Shown here: positions 1-8,235 of the stretch, piece after piece
Layout of the letters: each line of letters begins with the position of its first letter
How positions within the stretch are numbered: position 1 is the stretch's first letter
From: a virus
Taxonomy: Duplodnaviria > Heunggongvirae > Uroviricota > Caudoviricetes
Reading direction: 5' to 3' (one strand)
Length of the DNA: 39,997 nt
Virus record (IMG/VR): IMGVR_UViG_3300049215_000227
Span: 1-39,997 of that record
Translations under genes and position numbers: made by a program
Notes under the pieces: generated by a model
Database searches by the model: none
What the model saw: only the letters and a program-made list of their open reading frames with translations
Told to the model about the DNA's origin: nothing

Positions 1-3000
1 TTATGACCGTTAGTGGTTGCACTGGAGATAGCTCTAGCAGCAACATAATACGTACCAGCAACTGGCGTTAGCGTTTGACCAGTTGCCACAACGTAGGTAG
101 TACTGGTCGTACTTAAGATAGAAGTTCCAGTTACTCTGCTATTAGGAATAGATACAGCATGAGTATGGTCAGCCATAGCAAAGTTATTAGAAGTACCAAT
201 CGTATTAGTCGTTGCGGTAGAAATCGAAATAGCCGACGCGAAGACAACTTGATTGCTTAAGAACGTTCTGTGATCCGTTATTGATGTAATGGTAGAAGCA
301 CCAGTCGTGTATACAGCGATAGGTACAGAGTTTGCTGGAGCTTGAGCAATAGCTCCACCGTCAGTAACAACACCAGAAGTGTTAACGTATACTCTGCCGT
401 TAGTTACGTTGGCACCTAGCGTTATGTTGCCAGCAGTTATAGAATAGAACGTTCCATTGATACGAACGCGACCTGCCGTGTAGTTGAGAACTAAGCCACC
501 GCCATTTGTAGGAACAAGTTCGCTAGGTCCAAACGTAGTATCAACAGTAAACGTTCCAGAAACGTCACTAACCGTGACACCGGTACCGTTGGCAAACGTC
601 AAGTCACCAAATTCTTGAGATCCGGCGTTGGCCTTAACAGAGTGAACACCTTTATGGACGTGGTCAGCGCGCACGAAGCTGGTAGAAGTACCAGTTGCGT
701 TAGCAGCTCCAACGTCGGTAGGAGTTGCGACGCTGAACGTGTGAATGTGGTCAGCACGAGCAAACGTAGAGGCAGATCCATCGGCTGCAGCAGCTGCAAT
801 CGTCTGGTTAGCAGGTGCCGCAGTAGGCACGTTATGGATATGGTCTTGCTGAGCAAAGGCTGCAGCAGTTCCCTGAGTGTTGCCGGCATTAGGCGTCAAC
901 GCGCTAGGAGCACCAGTTGGAATATTATGAACGTGGTCAGCTCTTGCAAAGTTGGCAGAAGTGCCAGCCGCATTAGCTTGGTTAGGCGTTTGGTTAGTTG
1001 GTGCGCCGCTTGCAATCGCATGAGTATGATCCTGCTGAGCAAAAGCTGCAGCAGTCCCCTGAGTGTTCGTGCTATTTGCATTCAAGCCAGAAGCTATGCC
1101 AGTAGGGATATTGTGAACGTGGTCCGCTCTTGCAAAGCTGGTCGACGCACCCTGAGCATTAGATTGGTTAGGTGTTTGAGTCGTTGCTATCGTAGTAGGG
1201 ATATTGTGAACGTGGTCCGCTCTTGCAAAGTTAATTGACGTGCCAGTAGCATTAACTTGATCAGGATTCTGAGTTGACGCCGGTCCTGACGCAATTGCGT
1301 GCGTGTGGTCTTGCTGAGCGAAGGCTGACGCCGATCCCTGCGTGTTGGTGCTGCCAGCATTCAAGCCAGACGCAATACCTGTAGGAATGTTGTGAGCGTG
1401 GTCAGCTCTTGCAAAACTTACAGAAACACCGATAGCGTTAGGTTGGTTAGGTGTTTGAGTAGAAGCTGCAGCAGACGAGATCGAATGTGTGTGGTCAGCT
1501 CTTGCAAAACTAGTCGACGCACCCTGACCATTCGTGCTGTTAGCGTTTAAGCCTACAGCAGTTCCAGTTGGAATGTTGTGGATATGGTCTGCGCGAGCAA
1601 ATCCAGCAGCCGAACCAGGGGCGTTAAGTTGATCAGTATTCTGCGTTACAGGTGTTCCCACCGTAATTAGGTGAGTATGGTCCGCTCTTGCAAAGCTGGT
1701 CGACGCACCCTGAGTATTAGTTGAATTGCTGTCCAACGTTACTGCGGCCGCAGTTGGAATGTTGTGGACATGGTCAGCACGAGCTAAGTTTGCAGAGGTT
1801 CCGACAGCGTTAGACTGATCAGGATTTTGGGTGATAGGGGCCGCAGTTGGGATAGCGTCTGCTCCACCCGGCTGATGCCTAGAAGCGTGAGCTTCTACGT
1901 GAACACCGTTAGCGGTTCCAAGGTTCGTGATGTTGTGCGTTCCCAAGTTGAAGTCACCGGTCGCAACGTGCGTTCCGTCACCTCTCCAGTATTGAGGATG
2001 GTCGTCGCCGACTGTCAACCCCAGCAAGTTGGAGTGGAACGTTGTAGCAGCAACAGTAGAAACTCGCTTAGAAGAGATGATTGGTCGCTCATCTCTCACC
2101 TCAATGATATTCGTAGCTCCTTGCTGAACAATGATGGAAGCGATCAGCGTCACACCTTCAGACAAAAAGTTTGGGGGATTAGGCAGTGATCCTTGCTCAG
2201 CTAAAGTTAGAACACTATATTCTTGCTGAGAATAAACTAAGAAATACTTCTCGCTGTCAAAGTCTCCAGTGGAATCACCGATGATATATAAAGAGTGCTT
2301 AGCGTAATAACCAGCGGTGAGAGGAGCAAGAGTTCCAGTACCGTTATCATAGTTAGCATTATCTACCGTGTTTTGTCCAGGAACATTGGTGTACCCGCCT
2401 GAACCGTTTTGGTAAAACTCAGTGAACGTGATTGGAGTTCCACCGTTAGCTAGGTAGTTTCTCTCGCCGTAGTAGTATGATCCCGGTGTTACGCTCAGCT
2501 CGCGCGTGCCGGTTTCTGCGGCGACAGAACCGCTAACGTATACTGCGCCAAGACCACTTCTCAACGCGCGACCGATCTCACTTCCTGCATGCATGCTCAA
2601 GAAGCCAGATTCGTCAATAATCATGACGTCTGTAGTGTTAGATACTACTCGACCCACTACAATGTATTGGGTAGTGTCCGGCAGCGTCGTGTTTGCTTGC
2701 AGCGTAGCCGTCGCATCAAAATATAAGTAAACGGATGAGTTTGGAGAAGCTGTGTAAGGAGTATCTGGCCACGTCACCTTATGAAGCGATCCATCTGCGC
2801 TGTGCAGATAGCCGTAGCCAGCAGCAACATTAACAGTGAGACCGCTGACAGGAGGATTGATATCTCCTTCAGATAGCAAGCCAACTGCAGAGGAGTTAGT
2901 AGTTAAAGTGCTAACATCTGTAAAGCTACCGTCTGGTTGAAACTGCTTAACCTTGCCGCTGACAACAACATCACCGTCTTCAAGTCCCAAAATGACAAAG

Positions 3001-4499
3001 CCAAACTGCGTAGCTGCTGGATTGATGTAAACGTTAACGTCGTCATTAGCACCGCACGCAATGCCGCCTTGAGTACCAGGATGATTGACGCGCAGGTCGT
3101 GAGCATTGTCGGTAAACAGAACGATGCCAGCAAGAATAGTAGGTGCTGCACCCACGTTCTCAACTAACATACCCTCTGTAAAGCCAATGACGTCAGCAGA
3201 GGTCGCGCGAATCAAGCCGCCATTTCTAACTCTGAAACCGTTTCCTCCGCCGCCAACTACACCGGTGCGAGCAACTGAGCTCTTAACGCTCATCTCGCAT
3301 CCTGCGCCGTCGCAAACGAACATGTCGACAGGATAAGGAGATGTCATCTTTGTGGATGTAGAGTTTCTTAACACTACGCGTCCATAAGTAGATCCGGTCG
3401 TGCGGGCAACGAAACCAGTGTTGAACTGATAGCCATCGCCATAGCGAGCGCTATTAATGAAGATGTTGGAGTATGAGCTAGTACCGTCAGCAATAACTAG
3501 AGTATCAGCAGAACCAAATCTTACGTCTTCAACCCAAAAAGCACTTTGAGGAGTGCTAGAGGTGTTTGCAAGATAGATGAGTGCCTTGCCAGCAGTTACT
3601 AAGCCAGTGAGTACGCAACCAGAGATGCCAGAATTGTCGCATCCTACCACTAAATGGTTGGTGTTGTCGGCAGCTTGAATTATCGTTGAGTCTAAGCCGA
3701 AGCCAATCACGTACACGTATGGCTTCATAACGATCTGAGGCTCTACGAATACTCCTGGACCGACATAGATAGCAAACGGGTTAGAAGAAGAAGCAGTAGT
3801 AACGGCTGCGATAGCTGCCGCAACAGAAGAGTACTCTGCGGATCCTGGATTGAGCTTGACGCGAAGGACGTTTTGATCTGGGATCTTAACGCCGTCAATC
3901 TGCAGAACGTTCGTAAGTGAGTTTCCGCCGAGGCTCAAGTCACCCGTCATCGCGCGACGGCCGTCGATGTGCACGTACTGCGTGTGATCGTCAGCAGGAG
4001 CAACTAGGTGAGACAAGGTGCGGTGGTCAAGACCAACGATGTCAGGTGCAGTTATGCTCTTCCATTCAGCGTTAGCTAGGTCGTTTCGAGCGCAAACCCA
4101 AACTTCGTTACTAGACGAGTTTGTCCAGATGGAGCCAACGGAGTATCCCTGAGAGATGTCGTCAGCGATCGTAGGATCAGATCCGGTGAAGTTGTTCTTG
4201 ATGAGAACGCGCCACTGAGCTACGCCAGTACCAGCGTCAACGCAAGTAAACTCAGTGCGAGTCGCAGTGTTAACCCAACGCGAACCGGGAACATAGCCGA
4301 GCGTGTTGTCGTCAGAAGGCAGCGGATCTCTGGTTGCAGTGAAGTTGTTAGTTTCACCTAAGCTATCAAGATCGCGCCACACGAGTTGACCAGCCGTACT
4401 CTTCGTCAAGGCCGTATGGTTAGAGGCCTCAGTAAAGCCCTTAGGTACGTGAATCTCTGCCTGATCTGTTAGCTGTGAGTGGATATTGTTGCCAGCCAT
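1..4499 (-). CDS. Very large fibre/spike protein (>1499 aa, 3' end outside window): N-terminal duplicated domain, pectin-lyase-like beta-helix region, His-x-His repeat shaft
   Basis: Absent from the ORF track, probably because its stop lies outside the window. Manual translation from ATG 4499 gives MAGNNIHSQLTDQAEIHVPKGF..., YSSVAAAIAAVTTASSSNPFAIYVGPGVFVE (beta-helix/pectinesterase-like start), then FARADHxH repeats. The frame is the same at position 3 (...TLTPVAGTYYVAARAISSATTNGH). Not every internal codon was checked. Confidence 0.85.
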   Translation of the reverse strand, partial: MAGNNIHSQLTDQAEIHVPKGFTEASNHTALTKSTAGQLVWRDLDSLGETNNFTATRDPLPSDDNTLGYVPGSRWVNTATRTEFTCVDAGTGVAQWRVLIKNNFTGSDPTIADDISQGYSVGSIWTNSSSNEVWVCARNDLANAEWKSITAPDIVGLDHRTLSHLVAPADDHTQYVHIDGRRAMTGDLSLGGNSLTNVLQIDGVKIPDQNVLRVKLNPGSAEYSSVAAAIAAVTTASSSNPFAIYVGPGVFVEPQIVMKPYVYVIGFGLDSTIIQAADNTNHLVVGCDNSGISGCVLTGLVTAGKALIYLANTSSTPQSAFWVEDVRFGSADTLVIADGTSSYSNIFINSARYGDGYQFNTGFVARTTGSTYGRVVLRNSTSTKMTSPYPVDMFVCDGAGCEMSVKSSVARTGVVGGGGNGFRVRNGGLIRATSADVIGFTEGMLVENVGAAPTILAGIVLFTDNAHDLRVNHPGTQGGIACGANDDVNVYINPAATQFGFVILGLEDGDVVVSGKVKQFQPDGSFTDVSTLTTNSSAVGLLSEGDINPPVSGLTVNVAAGYGYLHSADGSLHKVTWPDTPYTASPNSSVYLYFDATATLQANTTLPDTTQYIVVGRVVSNTTDVMIIDESGFLSMHAGSEIGRALRSGLGAVYVSGSVAAETGTRELSVTPGSYYYGERNYLANGGTPITFTEFYQNGSGGYTNVPGQNTVDNANYDNGTGTLAPLTAGYYAKHSLYIIGDSTGDFDSEKYFLVYSQQEYSVLTLAEQGSLPNPPNFLSEGVTLIASIIVQQGATNIIEVRDERPIISSKRVSTVAATTFHSNLLGLTVGDDHPQYWRGDGTHVATGDFNLGTHNITNLGTANGVHVEAHASRHQPGGADAIPTAAPITQNPDQSNAVGTSANLARADHVHNIPTAAAVTLDSNSTNTQGASTSFARADHTHLITVGTPVTQNTDQLNAPGSAAGFARADHIHNIPTGTAVGLNANSTNGQGASTSFARADHTHSISSAAASTQTPNQPNAIGVSVSFARADHAHNIPTGIASGLNAGSTNTQGSASAFAQQDHTHAIASGPASTQNPDQVNATGTSINFARADHVHNIPTTIATTQTPNQSNAQGASTSFARADHVHNIPTGIASGLNANSTNTQGTAAAFAQQDHTHAIASGAPTNQTPNQANAAGTSANFARADHVHNIPTGAPSALTPNAGNTQGTAAAFAQQDHIHNVPTAAPANQTIAAAAADGSASTFARADHIHTFSVATPTDVGAANATGTSTSFVRADHVHKGVHSVKANAGSQEFGDLTFANGTGVTVSDVSGTFTVDTTFGPSELVPTNGGGLVLNYTAGRVRINGTFYSITAGNITLGANVTNGRVYVNTSGVVTDGGAIAQAPANSVPIAVYTTGASTITSITDHRTFLSNQVVFASAISISTATTNTIGTSNNFAMADHTHAVSIPNSRVTGTSILSTTSTTYVVATGQTLTPVAGTYYVAARAISSATTNGH
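650..1860 (-). repeat. 13 tandem ~31-aa repeats (F-A-R/Q-A/Q-D-H-x-H) in the fibre gene
   Basis: Asp-His codons (gtggtc/atggtc/atgatc on + strand) at 660, 747, 840, 933, 1026, 1119, 1212, 1305, 1398, 1491, 1584, 1677 and 1770: a 93-nt period except one 87-nt step. An isolated extra copy lies near 165. Confidence 0.95.
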
Positions 4500-4500
4500 G

Positions 4501-5061
4501 TTATTGCGCCTTTATTAGGTTACCTTCATTGTCGAAGACGAAGAATCCTTCGTTGTTAATTAAGTAGTCCTGCGGATTGATGACAGTTGATCCCTGCACG
4601 AGCATCGCAAGCAAGTTGTTGGTCGATGCGATCGATGGCCCCTCGGGGTCAACAGGAAGCAGGTTTGTGCGGTCGTACTTGTTGCCAAGCTTGTCAACCA
4701 GGATAGATCTGCGAGCTAGGGTAGGCTCTTCCTCATAGGTGGCTCTCTCTACGCTCTCGTTAGGGATGGAGGGTCTTGGCTGCTCGTTTGCGGCGATGCC
4801 AGCACCTAGGATAGTTGTGTAGAGGGAGATGTCAACGCGCGCATCGATGCTGCCACCCTTCGGGCCGACATACATGTGGTTTGCGTCTACTACTCTTTTG
4901 ACTTCTATCTGGTCGACATCTGGAAGGTGGTTGCCAATGATGTATACGACCTGCTTCACCTTGAATAACGAGGTGTCAGCGATGGATACAAGTCCTTCAT
5001 TGGTTCCATCTGCAGTAAAGTACTGCGTGGGAACCGCTATTAAGCGCTTCTCTAGTGCCAT
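4501..5061 (-). CDS. Hypothetical protein, probably virion-associated
   Basis: ORF 4501..5079; ATG 5061 (MALEKRL) preferred. Abuts the fibre gene and has a TGCTATAAT box upstream. Confidence 0.7.
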   Translation of the reverse strand: MALEKRLIAVPTQYFTADGTNEGLVSIADTSLFKVKQVVYIIGNHLPDVDQIEVKRVVDANHMYVGPKGGSIDARVDISLYTTILGAGIAANEQPRPSIPNESVERATYEEEPTLARRSILVDKLGNKYDRTNLLPVDPEGPSIASTNNLLAMLVQGSTVINPQDYLINNEGFFVFDNEGNLIKAQ

Positions 5062-5107
5062 TCCAATTGTCCCAAGCACCCGTGACCGTTCACAGGCTCT
5101 TAAGTCA

Positions 5108-5116
5108 ATTATAGCA
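5108..5116 (-). promoter_or_regulatory. Extended -10 promoter element TGCTATAAT
   Basis: Perfect TGnTATAAT in the intergenic gap upstream of the 5061 gene and the fibre gene. Confidence 0.6.
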
Positions 5117-5126
5117 CGAGTAGGCT

Positions 5127-6101
5127 TTAGAAGCCGTAGTCGTCGCGCTTGGAATCGTTAACCTTGATTGAGGCCCAATAGGCTTGCTCTTCCTCTTCGG
5201 AGGCGAACCTTGCGCTGATCGGCTTTTGAGCTTCAATGAGCCAGTTGTTGATGGCGCCGCCCCACTGCTGATCTTGCTTTTCAAGAGCTTGCTCGTTAAC
5301 TCCGAACATGCGCTCACCGGCCTTAATCATCTCTTCAGAGCTAGGCGTCCTAGCATGCATCATGTTCTTACTAGCCATTAAGTTAGTGAGTTGAGCTAAA
5401 GCGGCATCCTCACCTGGAACTGCTGGGTTAGTGACTTGAAGTTTCTGCACTTCTTGGTCAGCGTTAGGAACGCTTCCGTGAGTAACCCATGGAGTGCCTT
5501 CAGCCGTCTTCTTGAGCTTTCTAGCCTCATTGATAGCAGCAATCTGCTCTGGCGTGTACTGCTTGACTGGACCCGCCGCGCCCTTAGGCGTTTTTTGAGC
5601 GAAGGCCTTACCGTGAGTGTAAGACTTAACACTCTGGTTGCCAAATCTCTCAGTCCCAACATTAGTTGCCTTTCGACGAGCATTAGCTGCTGGATCGTAC
5701 TGACCGCCGCCTTTAGGACCATAGCCCGACTTATCCATGTCCTCATTCTTACCGACAGACATAGGATCAAGGTTGTGCATGCCGACGTCGCCTGGTTGAA
5801 GCGTACCGATGTAGTTTTTGATCTTGATGCCTGCTGCGCCAGCAGAATCAGCTCTGCCGACTGAGCGACCACCGTGAGTGATCTGGTAATAGCCGTCAGG
5901 ATGCTTCGTTGTGCTGATGACGCCGTGCGTGCTGTGATGGAACGCCCCAGTGCTTGGATCCTGCGACCAGCCAGCACCGAGCGCGTTCACTGGCCTTCTG
6001 GTCGACGCGACGTTCGTCGCCGTCAAGGCCTTCTTCAGCTGTGTGAGCCTATCAATAAGTTCATCACACTTCTGTAACGTCTTGTCCGTCTTCTTGCTCA
6101 T
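5127..6101 (-). CDS. Hypothetical protein, putative internal head protein
   Basis: 324-aa ORF in the head cluster with LKKA, MDKS and MIKA motifs and Gly/His-rich low complexity. Confidence 0.7.
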   Translation of the reverse strand: MSKKTDKTLQKCDELIDRLTQLKKALTATNVASTRRPVNALGAGWSQDPSTGAFHHSTHGVISTTKHPDGYYQITHGGRSVGRADSAGAAGIKIKNYIGTLQPGDVGMHNLDPMSVGKNEDMDKSGYGPKGGGQYDPAANARRKATNVGTERFGNQSVKSYTHGKAFAQKTPKGAAGPVKQYTPEQIAAINEARKLKKTAEGTPWVTHGSVPNADQEVQKLQVTNPAVPGEDAALAQLTNLMASKNMMHARTPSSEEMIKAGERMFGVNEQALEKQDQQWGGAINNWLIEAQKPISARFASEEEEQAYWASIKVNDSKRDDYGF

Positions 6102-7278
6102 ACTCTTCGTCCTCTGACTTCTTAAGTGGCTTCTTGGCAGGCGGTTTCTTAGCTTCCGCTAGCTTATGCTTGTGCTTCTCTTGGGAGAGTTGATCTTTTT
6201 GCTTAGCTTGCTGCTTGATCTGAGCTTCCATAAGCTTCAAGCGAAGCTCGTGCTCCCTCTCCTTGAACTCAAGCTCAAGATCGATCTCGCGCTTGCGAGC
6301 TTGGATTTCAGCTCTCTTCGCTTCAAGTTCTAACTTAGCAATCTCAGCTTGCACCTTCTTGTCGGCCTCTGGATCGCCAGATTGTCCCTTCTTCTGAGCA
6401 CCTTCGTACTCCAAATCCATCATGCGCTTGCGATGATTCTTCTCGTAGTCCGTATCTGGAGCAGCCTTCTTAGCGTTCTCATACTCAAGATCGAGCATGC
6501 GCTGACGATGGTTCTTGTCTAGCTCAGGATCGGGAGCAGAGATCTTGGCGTTCTGATACTCCAACTCCTGCATGCGCTTCTTATGCTCAAGTTCCAATTG
6601 CTGAGCTCTATCCTTAGATTGACGCTCATGCTCTGACTTCTTCTGAGCGAGTTGATGCTCAAGATCAAACTTCTTCTTAGCATTTTCAACTTCAACCTCG
6701 GACATAGCCTTGGTTGCGTCAGCCTTGGCTGCCTTAGTCTCATCAATCTCTGGAGCGTGATGTCCATGAACGATGTAAGCAATCTCTTGAGGAGAGTAGC
6801 CCGCTTCTTCTAAGGCCGCTTTGAGTTCTTCTGGATCAGCTCCGCCTTGTTCGTCGCCTTCTTGTGCGCCTTCCGATTCGTCAGGAAGTTGAGATCCATC
6901 GTCCTCTCCGACTCCTGATTGATCATCCATTGGCGCTTCTTCACTAGCTTCTTCATCGCCTTCCTCTTGGTCCGGTTGATCCATTTCATCCGCCGGGCCC
7001 GTAGAATTTTCAACCTCTGAGTCGTCCCCAGGGATTTCCGCAGCGACAGGTTCGCCTTCAGGAGATTGCTCCTCCTGCATGTCCTGTTCATCCTCGTCAG
7101 GTTCCTGCTCTTCCTGGAGATCAAGGATAGCCTTCTCGTGATCGAGAGCCTTCTTGAGATCCTTCCAGCGATCCTTCAACTTCTTCTTGGGATCCTTCTT
7201 GAGCGGTTCTCTGCCTGGCACAATCTCTTCCTTGCCGTCTGCAGTAACCTCTCTAATAGCTTTATCAACCTTAGCCAT
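6064..7278 (-). CDS. Acidic, coiled-coil hypothetical protein (putative head protein)
   Basis: 404 aa: long Asp/Glu-rich N-half, three 25-aa H..RM.(D/E)LEY repeats, C-terminal coiled coil, LKKA/LKKS motifs. Confidence 0.75.
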   Translation of the reverse strand: MAKVDKAIREVTADGKEEIVPGREPLKKDPKKKLKDRWKDLKKALDHEKAILDLQEEQEPDEDEQDMQEEQSPEGEPVAAEIPGDDSEVENSTGPADEMDQPDQEEGDEEASEEAPMDDQSGVGEDDGSQLPDESEGAQEGDEQGGADPEELKAALEEAGYSPQEIAYIVHGHHAPEIDETKAAKADATKAMSEVEVENAKKKFDLEHQLAQKKSEHERQSKDRAQQLELEHKKRMQELEYQNAKISAPDPELDKNHRQRMLDLEYENAKKAAPDTDYEKNHRKRMMDLEYEGAQKKGQSGDPEADKKVQAEIAKLELEAKRAEIQARKREIDLELEFKEREHELRLKLMEAQIKQQAKQKDQLSQEKHKHKLAEAKKPPAKKPLKKSEDEEYEQEDGQDVTEV

Positions 7279-7287
7279 CTTAACCTC

Positions 7288-8235
7288 TTAGTAGCCGATC
7301 GAGTCGACCAAGAATCTCTTCTGATAGTGACCCTTAGCAGCTTCCATTTCACTTTGAATAAGCTTCTCTAAGTCAGCCAACCTGTTCTGCAGGAATAGCG
7401 GACCAGGTGTGCTCACGCTCTGGCTAGTTCCGTCAATGCCGATGCTGGTGGAATTATACGGAAACAACACTGGACCAAGAGTCGAAAGAAACTTATAAGC
7501 TGCTAAGTTTTCAATGAGCGCAACTAACAACGCTGGAACTCTGTGCTTCTCAAAGCCGGCTCTATACTTGACGAACACAGCGCCAGGCCAGTAGGAGATA
7601 GCTTGCGAGTTGAACGCGTGGTATCCCAAGCCAGAGTAAATGCTGATGATGAAGCCAGAGATAGTTACACCTTGAGCTGGAACGATTTGAACTGTGCCGT
7701 CCTGAGGCTGCACGTGGATGAACTCGAGCGGGATGTCGACGAGCGGTAACGATCCAGGAATACCGATTCCGTTGTTGAACGTAAGCTGATAACGCTCAAC
7801 GTTCAAGATCGGCGAGTGGTGTACCTTAAGGTAACCGAAAGCCCAGAACTGCATCTCGCGAGAGTAGTCGTGTCTCTCCTCGAACGTCACCGGAGTGATG
7901 TACAAATCGAGAGTGTGCTCAATCTCAGATATAGCTTCCGTGATGTAACGCTCGAGCGTATCATCTGTAACTTCTTGCCCAGTGAGATACGACTTCAACG
8001 GAAGACCAAACAGAGGTCCCGTCTTCATTGTTGCTGGCGTTGGGACAGGAAGGTAGCGCTTGAAGCCTTCTTCTTGCTTAGTACTCCAAGAGGGAAAAGG
8101 CTGAACGGTAGGCGTCCTGACGATGCCAGTGCCCTGCACGTTGCCAGTGATGAACTGGTCAGCAGCTAAATCTTCAAATAGTCCGTCTGGCGTTTGACCG
8201 CCATTATCGTTTGGGTTATTTCCGTCGTTACTCAT
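7288..8235 (-). CDS. Head-tail adaptor / neck (head completion) protein
   Basis: Motifs TDDTLERYITEAISEIEHTL, YRAGF..VPALL and SIGIDGTSQS resemble adaptor proteins downstream of SPO1/Twort-type capsid genes. Start reassigned to ATG 8235 behind an AGGAGG Shine-Dalgarno. Confidence 0.65.
   Translation of the reverse strand: MSNDGNNPNDNGGQTPDGLFEDLAADQFITGNVQGTGIVRTPTVQPFPSWSTKQEEGFKRYLPVPTPATMKTGPLFGLPLKSYLTGQEVTDDTLERYITEAISEIEHTLDLYITPVTFEERHDYSREMQFWAFGYLKVHHSPILNVERYQLTFNNGIGIPGSLPLVDIPLEFIHVQPQDGTVQIVPAQGVTISGFIISIYSGLGYHAFNSQAISYWPGAVFVKYRAGFEKHRVPALLVALIENLAAYKFLSTLGPVLFPYNSTSIGIDGTSQSVSTPGPLFLQNRLADLEKLIQSEMEAAKGHYQKRFLVDSIGY

Noticed and set aside
650-1860. Regularly spaced DNA repeats as a CRISPR array or DGR template/variable pair
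   Set aside because: The period is a multiple of 3, copies vary at synonymous positions, the spacers are homologous to each other, there is no adenine-specific pattern, and no cas or reverse transcriptase gene is in the window.
599-3336. ORF-track calls in 599-3336 (e.g. 615..1238 +, 1827..2189 +)
   Set aside because: They are shadow frames of the long minus-strand fibre gene; their repetitiveness mirrors its 93-nt repeat.
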